Assembly: GCA_973895155.1 (NCBI GenBank)
Contig: OZ316892.1
Span: 23,103,168 to 23,167,167, forward strand
Length of the DNA stretch: 64,000 nucleotides
Source of the DNA: Marsupella aquatica
Lineage: Eukaryota; Plantae; Marchantiophyta
Direction: 5' to 3'
In this document: piece by piece, positions 12,693 to 26,534 of the stretch
Layout: the number at the start of each line of letters is the position of its first letter
How positions within the stretch are numbered: position 1 is the stretch's first letter
Translations under genes and position numbers: made by a program
The notes under the pieces: generated by a model
What the model was told of the DNA's origin: nothing
Seen by the model: only the letters and a program-made list of their open reading frames with translations
The model's database searches: none

Positions 12693-12985
12693 TGTTGGGG
12701 ATAATCCCTATCCCGAGACACCATGCACATGTGAACACCGTACAAAGTAGTCGACACAACGAGTACGTGGTTCACCTCATGACCGAGGCTACGTCCACGG
12801 GAAAGCAAGAGACCTTTATTTATCTCTTGCTGCACTCCAACAATGAACTGAAGATCCACCAAGGATTGGCACCAGCCCTGGCTATATACACAACAGCACT
12901 ATCGCTAACCTTAGCTAAGTCCTAACCTGAGTTAGCCTAACTATGGTTAGCTCAAGAGTCACAAGACTAAGAACAATACCTAACA
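12693..12985 (-). mobile_element. Solo LTR (Copia-related)
   Basis: TGTTG...TAACA ends, 5-bp TSD AATAT (12688-12692 and 12986-12990), empty site in the paralog at ~1355. Its right half is similar to the Copia LTR. Confidence 0.9.
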
Positions 12986-14525
12986 AATATGACACATCAG
13001 CATGATTTCAATTGATGTCTCAATTGACAACAAAATTCACACAATTTAGAAGAGGTTTGGGCAGTAATTGTGGGAGGGGAGGAGCCAACAAATATATAAC
13101 ACACACAATGATAGTTTTAGTGGCAAAAATTCACTATATTCCACCTCACTGAAAAGTATTGTCTTTGGCTACAATTTGCTGGGGATTGTCTTCCATTAGC
13201 CAATTCCCTACCCCCTGGCCACAGTCTCCGTTTGACAGAATCTAATAGTTATCCTTAAATCTATGGAGATCTAATGGTGAGAAATTAATCTTTGAAAATT
13301 AAAAGAGGAATATTCTTAGCATCTTCTCCTTCACACAAGGTGATGTTTGCCACCCCTTGTACGTGAAAAAGTTAAAACCTTCAAAATTACGCTCTATCAC
13401 AATGCCAAAAAATAAACGCCAAACTTAGAGACAAGATACCAAACACAGGAGATAAATTAAATGGCGTTTTAGCCCTTTGGTCTCCCTAGTTTTTTTACTT
13501 TGCTATCTCCCTTTTATAGAGTCTTCTCCTTTGGGATAGTGCCTCCTGGTTGGGCGACTATTGGATCTCCTGTCTTTGGTATTGTGTCTTCCTATTGGGC
13601 TCCTTTTGTGTTTTGGCAGTATGATATACAGTTGGGTCTCTTTAAGGACAAACTCCTGAAGTGCACAACTTGGGTAAGCTCAAGTCAGAAGACCATCCTT
13701 GACGTTTGCAATGATCCCAAATTTGCACCAAATTTGTGAGAAGAAAATGAAAGAATTAACCTCATCAAATCTCAGATAAGGATGCAGCACAACGCCTGTG
13801 CTTCTGAAGGACATGCATAACAACAATATACTCCCCCCTAGCGTTAACATTGTACAGGTCCACTATTGATGGCCACGCCTCCCTTTAAAAATAAAAATAA
13901 AAACATTGTACAGGTCCACTCTATCGCCAAATTAAACCTGACTCGCCAAATGTGTGTTTGGTACAACAACATCACATTTGGAGGCAACTTCCACAACGTC
14001 AGCTGACTCCTCCCAACCCCTCCCACCTCCCCCCTTGTACAACATCAGTAGATATTTAAAGCATTTTCCACCTCCTCTCAAATCCCTTTGAATCCCCCTC
14101 GACGGTCATAGAAAATGAAACCAAACTGGTATTTGATGCTGTTTTCCAAATCTACAAGTTGCCCTAGTTGAGAATGAATGTATAGTATTGTCACATTCCT
14201 CTTATCAAAGAGATTAGCCAAGATTATGGACCAAGTTCTGAAGACAATTTGACCATTACACAGAGTAGCAAGAGACACACATTTTGACTTTGAAATCTAA
14301 GTGATTTTGAGAACAGATTTTGCTCTCCAGTTATTGGTTTACGGTCAATCCTACCTCGGATTAGTCCAAAAAATCTTATCACCAGGTGGAGTCTATTCAG
14401 ACGATACAGCCCAGTGAAAGGAAAGGCACATTGTAAAGGGAAACATAATTTAACAAACTGTCACACATCAAGTCAGTTAACTCTGGTCAGTCATGAGAGA
14501 TCTTACAGTCTAAGATTATCCCAAT

Positions 14526-14878
14526 TGTTGAGCATAGACGACAATCGTAACGGCAAGCCCATGAACCATCCAACGCACAAGGGTCGGTACAGAGAGATAC
14601 ATGGTTCACCTCCACATGAGACTACGTCCACGGGAACACACAAGAGCTTTATTGCACTCTAGGCCGCCCGGCCATACCAAATATCCACAGCACAAGCTCT
14701 CCCTATCTCTCAACTAACTCCGTAACAATGAGCCTGAGTTCCTACTCTCCAAGAAAACACCGCTTGGGTATAGAGTGTGCGCAACATGACTAACAAACCT
14801 AACCTAGTCTGCTAGTAAGGTTAGCCCTAACTGCGACACAGTCGTAACTCTAGACTCACCTAAGAGTAAATCCTAACA
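14526..14878 (-). mobile_element. Solo LTR (Copia-related)
   Basis: TGTTGAGCATAGACG...CCTAACA ends, TSD CCAAT/TCAAT with one mismatch, empty site at ~3630. The left ~215 bp are similar to the neighbouring Copia LTR. Confidence 0.85.
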
Positions 14879-14915
14879 TCAATTAGGGGTCTTAAAGCTT
14901 CAAAACTATGGAATG

Positions 14916-15259
14916 TGTTGAGCATAGACGACATTTGCAACGGCAAGCCCATGAACCATCCAACGCACAAGAGTCGACATAGAGAGATACGTGGTTCACC
15001 TCCACATGAGGCTACGTCCACGGGAACACACAAGAGCTTTACTGCACTCTAGGCCGATCGGCCATACCAAGCATCCACAGCACAAGCTCTCCCTATCTCT
15101 CAACTAGCTCCGTAACAATGAGCCTAAGTTCCACCAGGGTCTGGCATTAGCCCTGGCTTAATACACAACAGCACTACCGCTAACATTAGCTAAGTCCTAA
15201 CCCGAGTTAGCCTAACTATGGTTAGCTCATGAGTCACAAGACTAGAGCAATATCTAACA
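14916..15259 (-). repeat. Copia 3' LTR (PPT immediately internal, aactccccctt on + strand)
   Basis: Direct repeat of 40888-41230, adjacent to a polypurine tract on the minus strand. Confidence 0.95.
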
Positions 15260-15466
15260 AACTCCCCCTTGACTCTTGTCTTGGGGACTGGACTAAATGC
15301 TACCATATGGAATCCTCAGCGGGAAGTTCTAGACAGTCACCAAACCAGGTCTCCCCCTAAAAACCACAAGGGTTAACTAAGGGTTAACTAGAACTAAGCC
15401 GTAGCCAAACAGAAATGAGTAATCCATATACAAATAGTCACACATTGCTAAATAACTCTACTGACA

Positions 15467-16259
15467 CTACAACTGCAAAACCTGCAAAGTAGCACGGTGT
15501 CTTGAGAAACTCTCCAAATGAATCACTTTGGTAAAGGCATCAGCGGGATTGAGTTTTCCATCAATCTTGATTAGCTCAAAAGTTTTATCAGACACTGTTT
15601 GCCTGATAAAATGACACCTGATATCAATGTGCTTCACCCTGCTATCCATCACCTGGTTAGCAGCCAAGTGAAGAGCACTCTGACTATCACAATTTAGAGT
15701 CATTTTGCCATGCTCTAAACCCATCTCCGCGATCAACTTGTCCAACCAAATCGCTTCCTTTACAGCTTCTGTTGCTGCAACATACTCTGCTTCTGTAGTA
15801 GATTGAGATATACACTTCTGCAAGGTAGATTTCCAACTAATACATCCTCCTCCAAGAGTAAAAACAAACCCAGTTGTAGACCTCCTTGTGTCCAAATAGC
15901 CTCCATAGTTAGAATCTACATAGCCAACTAACGTTCTATCTGATCTGTTATCAAATAGTAATCCATAGTCATGTGTACCCTTGAGATACCTGAGAATCCA
16001 TTTCACAGCTTCCCAGTGTACCTTTCCTGGATTTGACATGAATCTGCTAAGTAACCTTGCCCATCGCTAGGGCCAAGTCAGGCCTAATACAAGTCATCAA
16101 ATATATCAGACTGCCTACTGCCTTCTCATAAGGAATCTTAGCCATCAGACCTTTCTCCACAGCATCCGTTGGAGGGAAAGCTGATGATAACTTGAAATGT
16201 GAAGCTAAAGGAATACTCACTGGCTTGCAGTTCTCCATGTTGAATCGTGCAAGTACTTT
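15467..16259 (-). pseudogene. Copia RT C-terminus and RNase H
   Basis: KVLARFNMENCKPV, AVGSLIYL, RPDLA, HWEAVKWILRYLKGT, GYVDS, STTEAEYVA, CDSQSA, KHIDIR, NPADAFTK; frameshifted near 16045. Confidence 0.92.
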
Positions 16260-17865
16260 CACTACAACATATTTGACACTTTTGCGAAGGTATTTTTGTC
16301 GACGCTCTTGTATTTCCGATGGGCGGTGCTTGGCATAATTTGCGAATCAACCCGCATTGCAATTTGTGATTATATCCCTATCGCAAAGATAATACTTGAA
16401 GCGCATTATATCGCTAATACGTTGCGAAGTAAGTGATTTTGCAAGTTTTACTGAAACGCGCCGAATGGAAAGGTGCCTTCTGAAGATGGGAAAATCGCTC
16501 GCCGACTCCGAAACTAACTGATAAAAATATTTGCAAAGAAGGTTGGATTGAAAATGTTTTGCAATAGTAGTTGTTTGACAAGTTTAAGAATGTCGGAGGA
16601 TGGAAGATTTGCGAAATGGTGAGAATATTAAATTTGTGATTGATTTTGAATCACAAGTTTGCGAAGAGTATAGTATGGAAATATTGAGAAACGAGAAGCT
16701 TCATAGAAATTGCGAGTCCGATGAGATTTTGTGAGCTTCGCAAGTTGTTCGCAAACTAAAAATTAAGATTATTGTGAGGTGAGACAATGAAGAGGGTGGA
16801 TGGGGCAAGAGGGAAGAGGAAGGGAGGATGGAGGGAGGTACAATGAAGGATGGAAAAGGGAGGGGAGTACAATGGAAGAGGAAGGAGGGAGGAGAAAGAG
16901 GAAGGGAGGAGGAGGGACAGATGTACCACGGAGGAGGGAAACACGAGGGTGAGAATGAAAATTATGGAATAAGTAGGAAATAAAGTTATATTGAGCAACA
17001 GAGGTTAGATAGAAAGTTGCATATAAAATTCACAAGTGATCACAATAAAACAATGCAATACATATGTCATGAGTATGACTCATTCAAAAGTGAATGGCAA
17101 ATATAAATATAGACAATACTTTTTTTATATCACCAAACATGAACAAAACAAATATAACATGAACAAATGTCTAGGCTGGACCCAAGTGCATATAAATATG
17201 TCCCTCACACTTGGTCCTCATCGGCCTCAAGGTCATCTAGGTCTGATACAATAACATCTGGCTTCTCATAAACAATGGAACGAGAACGTGGCACATAGGT
17301 GATGACAATTGACCACTCGGTGTCTAAGGGGTATGGAATGTAGAAACATTGCTCCAAGTGTGATGGGAAAGCAAATGGTTCTGATGTTTGCCAATGAGAT
17401 GCTTGAACACTAGTGGCACTTGTCTTCAACCGTGTAAACCCACTCTCATCTTGAAGTACAGTGCAATTTTGACCAACAAAGTTCACTTTGAACCACTTGC
17501 ACTTGAAGACATATTCCTCAAACTTTGAATGGTTGTCATATGATACCACCAAGATCTCCTCTATCTTCCCATAGTGTGGCACAACATCTCTAACAATGTT
17601 CCTGTCATGGCGGCTGCTTCTGGAGTCTTGAGAAAATTCCCCTTGAACTCCACAATCAAAAGTACGACCCCTCTTCTCATCAAGGGAAGAAACCCTGAAA
17701 TTAACAAAACCCACAAATTTTTATTACACAAAAGATACCATTAATGTAATAATCATCAAAATATGACACCCATCCCTAAATAGCCAAAACCCACATGGCC
17801 TATGGCATAAATATAGAAGCCAACATTACAGTTATGGATGTCATTAATGATAATAGAAAGTTTTT

Positions 17866-18196
17866 TGTCACACCATTCTGAGTAGTGTAATAGTATATTG
17901 TGCTATTAGAGTATGTACGTTTGGTATGAGTGCTATTGGAGCCGATAAGGTTCTGTCAGGTTTGTGTGAGAGGGTACTTCTCACTTGTGAGGCATTGAAA
18001 GGTCATCTTTCAATGTTGAGCCTTGGAGAGAGAGGAGCTTGAGTGTGGCTATGGTGGCTGTGAGCTCCGCTTGTGTAACGTGGATTCCTTGAGTAGTGCA
18101 AGGTGCGTTGGCTTGACATACGTGTGTGATCGGATCGGTGCGGGATCGATGGGGTATTGTTGACCGAGATCGTTGTGCCGATTGTATGGAGATTAT
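17866..18196 (+). repeat. Repeat A1 (331 bp) of the Gypsy-type element
   Basis: Matches 26992-27322 with one substitution seen (gtgtaatagt vs gtgtagtagt). Confidence 0.95.
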
Positions 18197-18463
18197 ATTG
18201 AAAGATCACATTCGAAATCTGTTGTACGGACTGTGCGGACAGAAGTTCGATTGATTGAGTTGTCGACGGTTCGTGGTAGCTCGGATCGTGTGTTGTTATC
18301 GAACAGATTGTTGGTATCTTGACCTGTATCGTTGTTGTCCGATCGGCCTGCTTCCCGATCGATGTACAGATCTGTGATTGGTGACAGGTTTTGAGTTGGA
18401 GGTCGATTGATGATTCGTGGAGGAAAGCGAATGTTGAGTAGATGTTGGACAGTGGAAGTCGAT

Positions 18464-19025
18464 CCGTGAGGCTTCAGATCCGATTGCCGGCTACTGTGAG
18501 GCTTCAGATCTGATTGTCGGCTACTATGGGGCTTCAGATCTGATTGCCGGCTATTGTTGGACGATGTTGGCAAGGCGCAGATGAAGCGACGGCTCTTTTC
18601 CTGAAGGAACGGAGCTGCCAATGCCCCGTGCGATGGTATCATCGTTTCAGTGAAAGAAACGAGGGTCAAGGGTGTTGAATCAAGCTGCTGCCAATTCTGT
18701 GGAAGGGCTGCATTTTTCATGAAGGAAATCGACAGTTTTCGGGAGCTTTTCGTGAAGGAAGTAGTCATTTTTGGGGTTAGGTGTGAGGCGCACGAGGTCA
18801 CCCATCCCGAAAGTGCTCGCGCGAGGCGACGCGTGAGGTCACCCATCCCGAAAGTGCTCCCAACCACGAGCGCGAAGTCACCCGTCGCGAGCGCAAGCAC
18901 GCAGGCAGGCGCGAGGTCGAGGTCACCCATCCCGGGGCTCTTCCGGGCTGTGAGCGCGAGGGGAGGCACAAGGTCAAGCGCGAGGAGGTCACCCATCCCG
19001 GGGCTATTCCCGGCCGCGAGCGCTT
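18464..19025 (+). repeat. Leader repeats: 30-bp unit x3 (~18464-18555) and GC-rich 'gaggtcacccatcccg' units x4-5 (~18790-19020)
   Basis: 'ggcttcagatc(c/t)gattg(c/t)cggctact' and 'cgaggtcacccatcccg' recur directly in the sequence. Confidence 0.8.
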
Positions 19026-22000
19026 AACTGGCAAGTTCTCATCCCACCTTGTGTACACACAAGCTTTGACAACTTGTTGTTTAGATTCAAGCGCCAGGGG
19101 GCTTTATATACTTCCCGGTTTGTTTAGAGGCCTATTCTAGGCCAAATCAGAGGCTGTTTGAGGGTTTTTGATACTTCTGAGTCCATCTAGACTCACAGAT
19201 TGAACCAATTTTGCCTTGGTTCTCATCTACAATATTGGAGTGCCATTGTGAAGCCTATTATGAAGGCTCTTCCTTGAACCTTATGCACATTGTCATATTG
19301 ATTTGCATTTGTTTTTGTGTGGAGAGTTGAATGGTATCCATTCTTGTTTCTGGATCCTCTTCACACATGTTTCCTGTTTATGCGCCATGTTAGTTTCGTG
19401 TGGGCGCTTGATTCCATAGGAGTGATCCGGGTTTGCAACTGGACATTCTAGTGTGCTGTGTATTTCTCTCTTGGTGATGTTGGAGTGATGCCCAACACAC
19501 CATGGTGAGTGCTTGTGGTGCTGACAGGGATAGATTGCCCTTAGGGTTAGCACATAGATTAGGTTAGGGTTGGTCACCACGGATTCTTCTGGTGCTGCTG
19601 GATTACCCGATGGACGACGGACCGGTTTCACTCGGAGTGGGGCACAGTTTCGGCCAGCGGCATTGGTAGCAGTCAGCAGTGCAGCTTCAGACAGTGATTC
19701 TGATGAGGACTCAGTGACCAGTTCTCCTCATCATCAGGTGGTTGCACCTTTGTTGTGGGATATGGACGAGATGTACGGGGCTACAAAGGGCCCACGACGA
19801 TACTCTGGTGCAGTTGGCACAATTGATCTGGATGACTTCATCCAGGAGTTTGATACGTGGTGCGATATGCAGACATTGCGTAATATCACGTTGTTTACCC
19901 CTTTCATGGCATGGAAGGGATTATTCCAGCATTTGGAGGGGCCACCCATGGATGACTACCATGAGTTTCGGAAGGCTCATTTGGTTGAAATTGAGGCATG
20001 GAGGCAGCATTGGTCGCCTAATTACGTGTCCATCACCTATGGCACTAGTGCGGCTGCCCAACCAATTGCCACAGCTGCTGCTTCTTCTAGCAGCACTAGC
20101 CAGAGTGGCACACCATCCACCAGCAGCACTCCAGCAACATCCACCACTACTCCTGCCGGTGTGATTGTGACAGGAACTGGAGTTGCGCCAGCATTTAATC
20201 CTGTGGTGGAATTCTTTGAGGTACTGAAGCAGAACTATCAGGGTGTGAGAATTGATAAGTTGAAGGGTCTTCAGGAGTTCCAACGCAAGATTGGAGAGAG
20301 CCTACGTGAGGCATACACACGTATGCGCAGATTGATCACTGTCACCAAGGGAGTGACAAAGGCTCAGGCAGTCCAATTTTGGTATGCAATTCTGGACAGA
20401 GAATTGCGACGCAGAGTGAGAGATGTCACTCTGCTTAGGGATGCAGATCCCACATTAGCAGTTGTTTTCACCCTTTCTGAGCGCATTGAGCTCAATATGG
20501 TGAATGAGAAGGTGGTGACTTTCGGATTTGCCAAGGAAGCACCAAAGGCTGCATCTACATCCACACCACAGCCTACTGCACGGAAGAGCCAGAGGGAGAA
20601 GCCTACTGCACGAGAGTCTACCAGCCAGAGACCTGTGCCCTCTTATGCTGGACAGCAGTCAGGATGTTGGACCTGTGGTGGGGATCATGCACAGAGATAT
20701 TGTCCAGATCATAGAGGATCAGGGGGAGCATCAGCGCCTGATCAACGATAGTGTGATCACTGTGGAGCTCCTGGACACACCAAGGATAGGTGTTTCTCAC
20801 TCCACCCTGAGTTACGGAGAGGAGGATCCCGTACACATGATCAGGGAAGAGGAGGTAGAGGTGGTGGATGTGGTCGTGGCATGCCACATGCAGGGAGACA
20901 GGGAGGTGACGCTGCCCCTACTATAACCATAGATCCAAAGGATGCTAAGATTGCTCAATTGGAGCAACAACTAGCTGCCATGGCTAGTTCCCAGGTGAGA
21001 CCTAATTCTGGTGATGGGGCATCTACATCCTATGGACCTTCCACATCCCATGGTCCTTCCACATCTTATGGAGCTGATGGAGACCTTGCCACCATGGGAT
21101 TCATGTGTGGCACTGCACATATTGATGCATCAGCAACTTTGACACGTGGGGCAGCCAAAGCTCTTGAGCCCCGAGGAGCAGTAGTGGAGTTAGATCCACA
21201 AAGGGGGGATGCACGTCGACAGACAAAGCTTCCTCAGTCTTTTACATTGTCAAAGACAATTCAGACTGCCTCTATGAACCCGGTTCGGACAAACCCTGAT
21301 GTGGGTAAGTTGGCAGAATCAGGTAGTGATGCAGCAGGGATGACATGTACCTTGCTGGGGGCGGCTACTGCCATAGTACGCACCCCATTATTTTCAGCGA
21401 CAGACATGCTGAACTTGGGAGTTGGTCCTGCAGAAGTGTTTAGATTGGCAGCTACACTCTGTGAGGACACTCCAGTGGTTGCTTCCCATGCAGAAGCAAC
21501 TTGCAGTGTTGATGCAGTGAAGACCATGCCACCTACTACTACTAGTGAGACATGGCATGCAGCAGCAGCGAGGTTGGTGGATTTACCAGCACGCCCTGCA
21601 TTTGAGAGGACTAGGTTTAAACCTAGTGTTGTGTCATTGGATAATTGGAGTGTATCTTCCGATTAGTTGGGCCTTCTGGAGCAGTATACCAGCCAGAGAG
21701 AGTGTTACTGGATACTGGTGCTCAGCCCTTGATGTTGGGGAAGTCTGCCATACGTGGATTGGGATTGCGTCCAGAGGATTTGGAGGATTGTCCCTTTCCC
21801 ATTCAGACTTCATTGGGGGGACCTACACCTACACAGCATATCACCAGGAGACCACTTGATTTGAGGATTCAGGAAGGTCATACCACAGATAGCTCACAGA
21901 TACAGGCGCGAGCTATTCTGACTAAGGCAGAGTCATATGATGTGTTGGTGGGATGTACAGTGCTCTACCCCATGGGATTTATTCTTGATTTTTGGGAGGA

Positions 22001-22409
22001 ATCAGTGTCATATAGACCTGATTGGCAGTCAGGAGATGCTCGATTGAGCAAATTGCCAATGAGATTTAGTGGACCTATGGGAGGCCCTAAATCCACACCA
22101 TTATCTTTGGCAGCATTCAGTGGTGTAATTGCTGGACCTGATGATTTGATTGAGGGTAATGCGCATGCAGCCGATGTTCCACCATTGGAGGAGTCTCATG
22201 AGGAGCACATCATGCGAGGATTACCTATTGGCAGTGTTGTGCCACCAGTGTGGGGCACTGCACAAGCCTTGCCACAGGCAATAGCACGATTGGTACATGA
22301 TGCATGGCGTCATGCTTTTACACCACAGTCAGGAGTAGAGCAGTCTCTTGCAGATGGACCTGTGACTCTTTCACCATTGGATACCACTCCTATTGCTTGG
22401 CAATATCCA

Positions 22410-23370
22410 CCGGAGGGTATTTGTTTGTTGGATCTTTTTGGTGGGATTAGCACTGGATTGGCTGCTGTTCTTCAGGCAGGAATTCCTGTGCGTCGTTATT
22501 TATATGTGGAGACAGATGAGACAGCACGGAGGGTCTCATTGCGACATGTGGCTATGTTGGTGGATAGATATCCACAGTTGCTACCAGTGGATGCTGTTCG
22601 TGGTTATCAGCATGCACTACCTGCTGATATTTCATTGCTGGGGGCGGATCATCTGCATCGTGTTGGCCCCATTGATTTGGTGATTGCTGGTTGGCCATGT
22701 CAGGGCCAATCTAGAGCTGGCGTTGGGCATGGACTTCATGATCCACGCTCTGCATTGTTTTGGGAGATGTTACGGGTGCTGCGTCACCTCTAGCTACATC
22801 AGACACAGTCTCCAGCATACATTTTGGAGAATGTGCCATTGTTAGGTGATGATCGTAGTCGGATTGTTGCCAGTGTTCACCAGGTGAGGTCTTGGATTGG
22901 ACCTGCTGTGTTATTGGATGCTGCACGTGTGGGTTCTCGTGCACATCGTCCACGCTTATGGTGGACTAATTTGATCCCATGTGAGGTGCTGAAGCGCGCA
23001 TTTGATAGCATTCTACGCTCACCAGCCTTAGTGGTGGATGATATTTTGGATCCAGGGCGTCGTGCACAGGGTGTGACCCAACCTGATAGACCTCCATTGG
23101 CAATGGTCAATGCAGTTGGGTGCCCACGTTGTGCATTACCCACTCTTGTAAGCCACTCTGCTTCATATGCATTCAGAGCAGGTGGCCCTGGACTTGTATG
23201 GGACACAGCTCTCCAGCAGTTAGTGGAGCCTACTGCTGATGAGAGAGAGCGTGCTATGGGATTTTTGACTGGCACCACTGTAGTTGCCTCTGTGTCAGAG
23301 GATTTGCGGCGCCAGGTTCTTGGTCAAGCAATGGATTTGAATTGTTTGACTTGGATTATCAGCTTGGGAG
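22410..23370 (+). pseudogene. Cytosine-5 DNA methyltransferase domain (DNMT3-like) embedded in Pol
   Basis: Motifs in canonical order: I LDLFGGI, II YVETD, III ADI, IV IDLVIAGWPCQ, V GLHDPRSALF, VI ENV, VIII AHRPRLWWTN, IX ERERAMGF, X RRQVLGQAM. One TAG at 22791-22793. Confidence 0.9.
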
Positions 23371-26300
23371 TAGCTGAACAGTTGCGGATGCGCTCTGCCG
23401 GAATTACTGATTGTCCCTTGGTGAGCTTGCGGTCCACTGAGACAGTATTGACCACAGCTGGGGGCGAGCAAATAGTCCATGGACCTATGACAGGATTGGC
23501 AGCTGGACAGATTGTTGAGCAGGAAGAGACTGCTCAATCTACTGCTAAATAGCAATCATCGGCTATCTCTTCTACCCTACAAAGAGATATTAGGGATTTG
23601 GTGGAGAGTTGGGAACCACAGCTTGGCCCTAAGTTAACAGGGGAGGAGAGACGTCGCATGCATCGATTCCTGAAGAGTTATTGGAATTGTTTTGCATTCA
23701 GCATGAAGGATTTGGGGACATTGAAGGGCCCTGGTATTCAGATTGAATTGGCTAGTGATGCACCAATCTTTCGTAGACCATACCGTTATAGTGACATGGA
23801 GAGAGCTCTGATTCAAAGCAAAACTCAAGATTTGTTGGAGGCTGGATTGGTGGAGATTTCATATGGGGAGTATGCATCTGCCACAGTGATGCCAGCCAAG
23901 AAGGATGTGCATGGCAATTACACAGATAGGCGCATGTGTGGTGATTACAGACCTATTAATCGCTAGACAAAATCTGATCGATATGCCATGCCCACACCTG
24001 AGGAGATCTTTGATGCTGTGGGGCATGCAAAGGTTTTCAGTTCATTGGATCTGAGGGCAGGATACCATCAGCTTCCAATTAGGCATGCTGACAGGTCCAA
24101 GACAACATTCTGGGGGATTGATTCTTATGGCAAAGATCGTTTGTATCAATGGTTATTCTTACCATTTGGGTTGAAGAATGCACCAGTTGAGTTCCAGAGA
24201 GTCATGGATCGAATCCTTGCAGGTTTGGATTTTGTCAGATGTTATATTGATGATATTTTGGTCTATTCTTCTAATGTGGAAGAACATCAGCAGCACTTGC
24301 AGACTGTGTTGGAGAGATTGAGAGCACATGGGTTGAAGCTCCATCCTAGCAAGTGTAAGTTCTTCAAAGACCAGATTGAGTATTTGGGCCACACCATATA
24401 CCCAAGGGGATTGGGTGTACAGCAGACTAAAGTGGAGGCCATTACACAGATTCCTTGTCCTACTGATGTGAGTAGAGTTCATGCATTCTTGGGATTGGCG
24501 AGCTACTACAGGAGGTATGTTAAAGGATTTAGCCAGCTTGCTAAACCTTTGACCATACTCACTAAGTTGGATCAGGAATGGATTTGGGGTGATGACCAGG
24601 AGCATGCCTTTCAGGAGTTGAAGCAAAGGTTGGCATCATCCCCTATTTTGAGAAGACCCATTTCAGGCAGACCATTTCAGCTACACACTGATTGGAGTGG
24701 AGTAGGACTTGGAGCAGTGCTGACTCAGAAGGATGATGAGGGGAATGAGTTTGTTGTGGCTTATGCCAGTAGATCAAACAATTCAGCAGAGGCTAAGTAT
24801 AGCTCTTATGAGGGAGAGTGTTTGGTAGCAGTGTGGGCTGTTGCACACTTTCGTTGCTACTTGTTTGGTAACCCCTTCACCTTGATCACTGATCATCAGC
24901 CTCTTAAGTGGTTAATGGAGTCTGACAAGCTTACAGGGAAGCTTGCACGATGGGCATTGTTGTTACAGGAGTATGATTTCCAGGTGGTGCATAGGCCTGG
25001 AAAAGTGAACTTGGATGCAGATGGATTAAGCCGCAATCCATGTACCAGTCAGCAGGATGAGACTGGAGCCAGATGGCATGATGAGTCAGATAGGGAGATG
25101 GTGCTAGGATGGCATGCATCTGCCTTTCTTTGTTGGGTGCCAGCATACAGTGAATCTGTGGACTCTACTTCATTGGATGGAGTGGGTGATGAGTCTTCAG
25201 ATGTGGATGTTGGTGAGGTAACTTCTGGACAACAAGATATTCACAATGATGTGAGAGTGTTGGAATATCTGCGCAGTGGTTCTATTGTTGGCAGTGTTGA
25301 TGCCAAGGAACGTGACAGGGTTCTACAGAGAGCCAAGAGATTTCGATGGGAGGGAAACCATCTTTTGAGAGTACTGCATGATGGTAGGATGTTGGTGGTA
25401 CCAAAACCATCACAACGAGTACATTTGGTGCGACATGCGCACGAGGAGTTGGGTCACTTTGGTGTGAAGCGCACTTACAGCTTGCTGCAGACACAGTATT
25501 GGTGGCGTGGTATGCACACTCATGTCCAACAGTTGATAGCTAAGTGTGTGGTATGTGATAGAGTGAGAGCATCATTTAATGCTCCCACTCCCCAGTTGCA
25601 CCCGTTGCCGATCATGGGTTTGGGATATCGTTAGAGTTTGGATTTTGCTGGTCCATTACCTCTTACCCAACGTCATAATCGGTATGTTTTGGTCATGGTG
25701 GAGCACTTCTCCAAGTGGATTGAGCTAGTGGCATTGCCAGATAAAGCCAGTGGAGGAGTTGCTGCTACATTTTTGGATCGTGTACTCAGTCATTTTGGAG
25801 CACCAGCTGAGGTGTTGACTGATCAAGGAACTGAGTTCCGTGGAGAGTTTGAGAGTTTGTGTGAACAAGCTCTGATTGATCATCGTACTACCTCTCGTGA
25901 TCATCCTGAGGCAGATGGATTAGCTGAGAGAGTTGTGCAAACTGTGAAGAGAGGATTGCGTAAGTATGGCTTGCAGGTTGGTCATCTGGGAGATTGGGAT
26001 CTCCAGCTACCTTGGTTAGCTATGGGCTACCGTTTCAGTCGGCAAGCATCACTTGCATCCTTCTCACCCTACTTTTTGCTCTATGGTAGAGAGCCAGATT
26101 TGCCAGCAACTATTCGTCGTCATGCTGCACCAGTTGTGAACTTGGATGATCCTGATGTTTGGGTCAAGGTGTGTTCAGAGAGAGCACGGGTATTTCAGAG
26201 AGTGATGCCCATGGCTTTTGACAACCTTGCCATTGCCCAACATCGTGATACTTTGAGGTATGCCACTATTCGTGGAGGAGGTTACCGTGCAAGCATTCGA

Positions 26301-26534
26301 CGATTTCATCCTGGTGATTATGTTTATTTGCAGCAGACAGCACCCACGACACTTGATGTGACCGCAGGCCGGACAATCTTACGTGTGCGTGAAGTGTTGC
26401 CTTCTGGTGTCCTGATGTTGGAGGGACGCGATGGTATGGTTTGGAAGGATCATGTGCGCAACTGTGCACCATGTCACCTTCCCAACATTGATGGTACAGT
26501 AGATCCAAGCTTGGCACATGTTCGTGCTGGCTTG

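Noticed and set aside
18193-19058. 267-aa and overlapping ORFs in the Gypsy leader
   Set aside because: They arise from GC-rich tandem repeats and show no recognisable protein features.
22410-23370. Bacterial restriction-modification methylase or contamination
   Set aside because: The domain is in frame within a retrotransposon Pol, inside nested plant TEs with TSDs and next to intron-containing genes.
20749-25634. TAG recoding or programmed read-through in the Gypsy element
   Set aside because: The stops fall where different residues are expected (Gln-like and Trp-like positions), including inside conserved domains, which fits C>T or G>A decay better.
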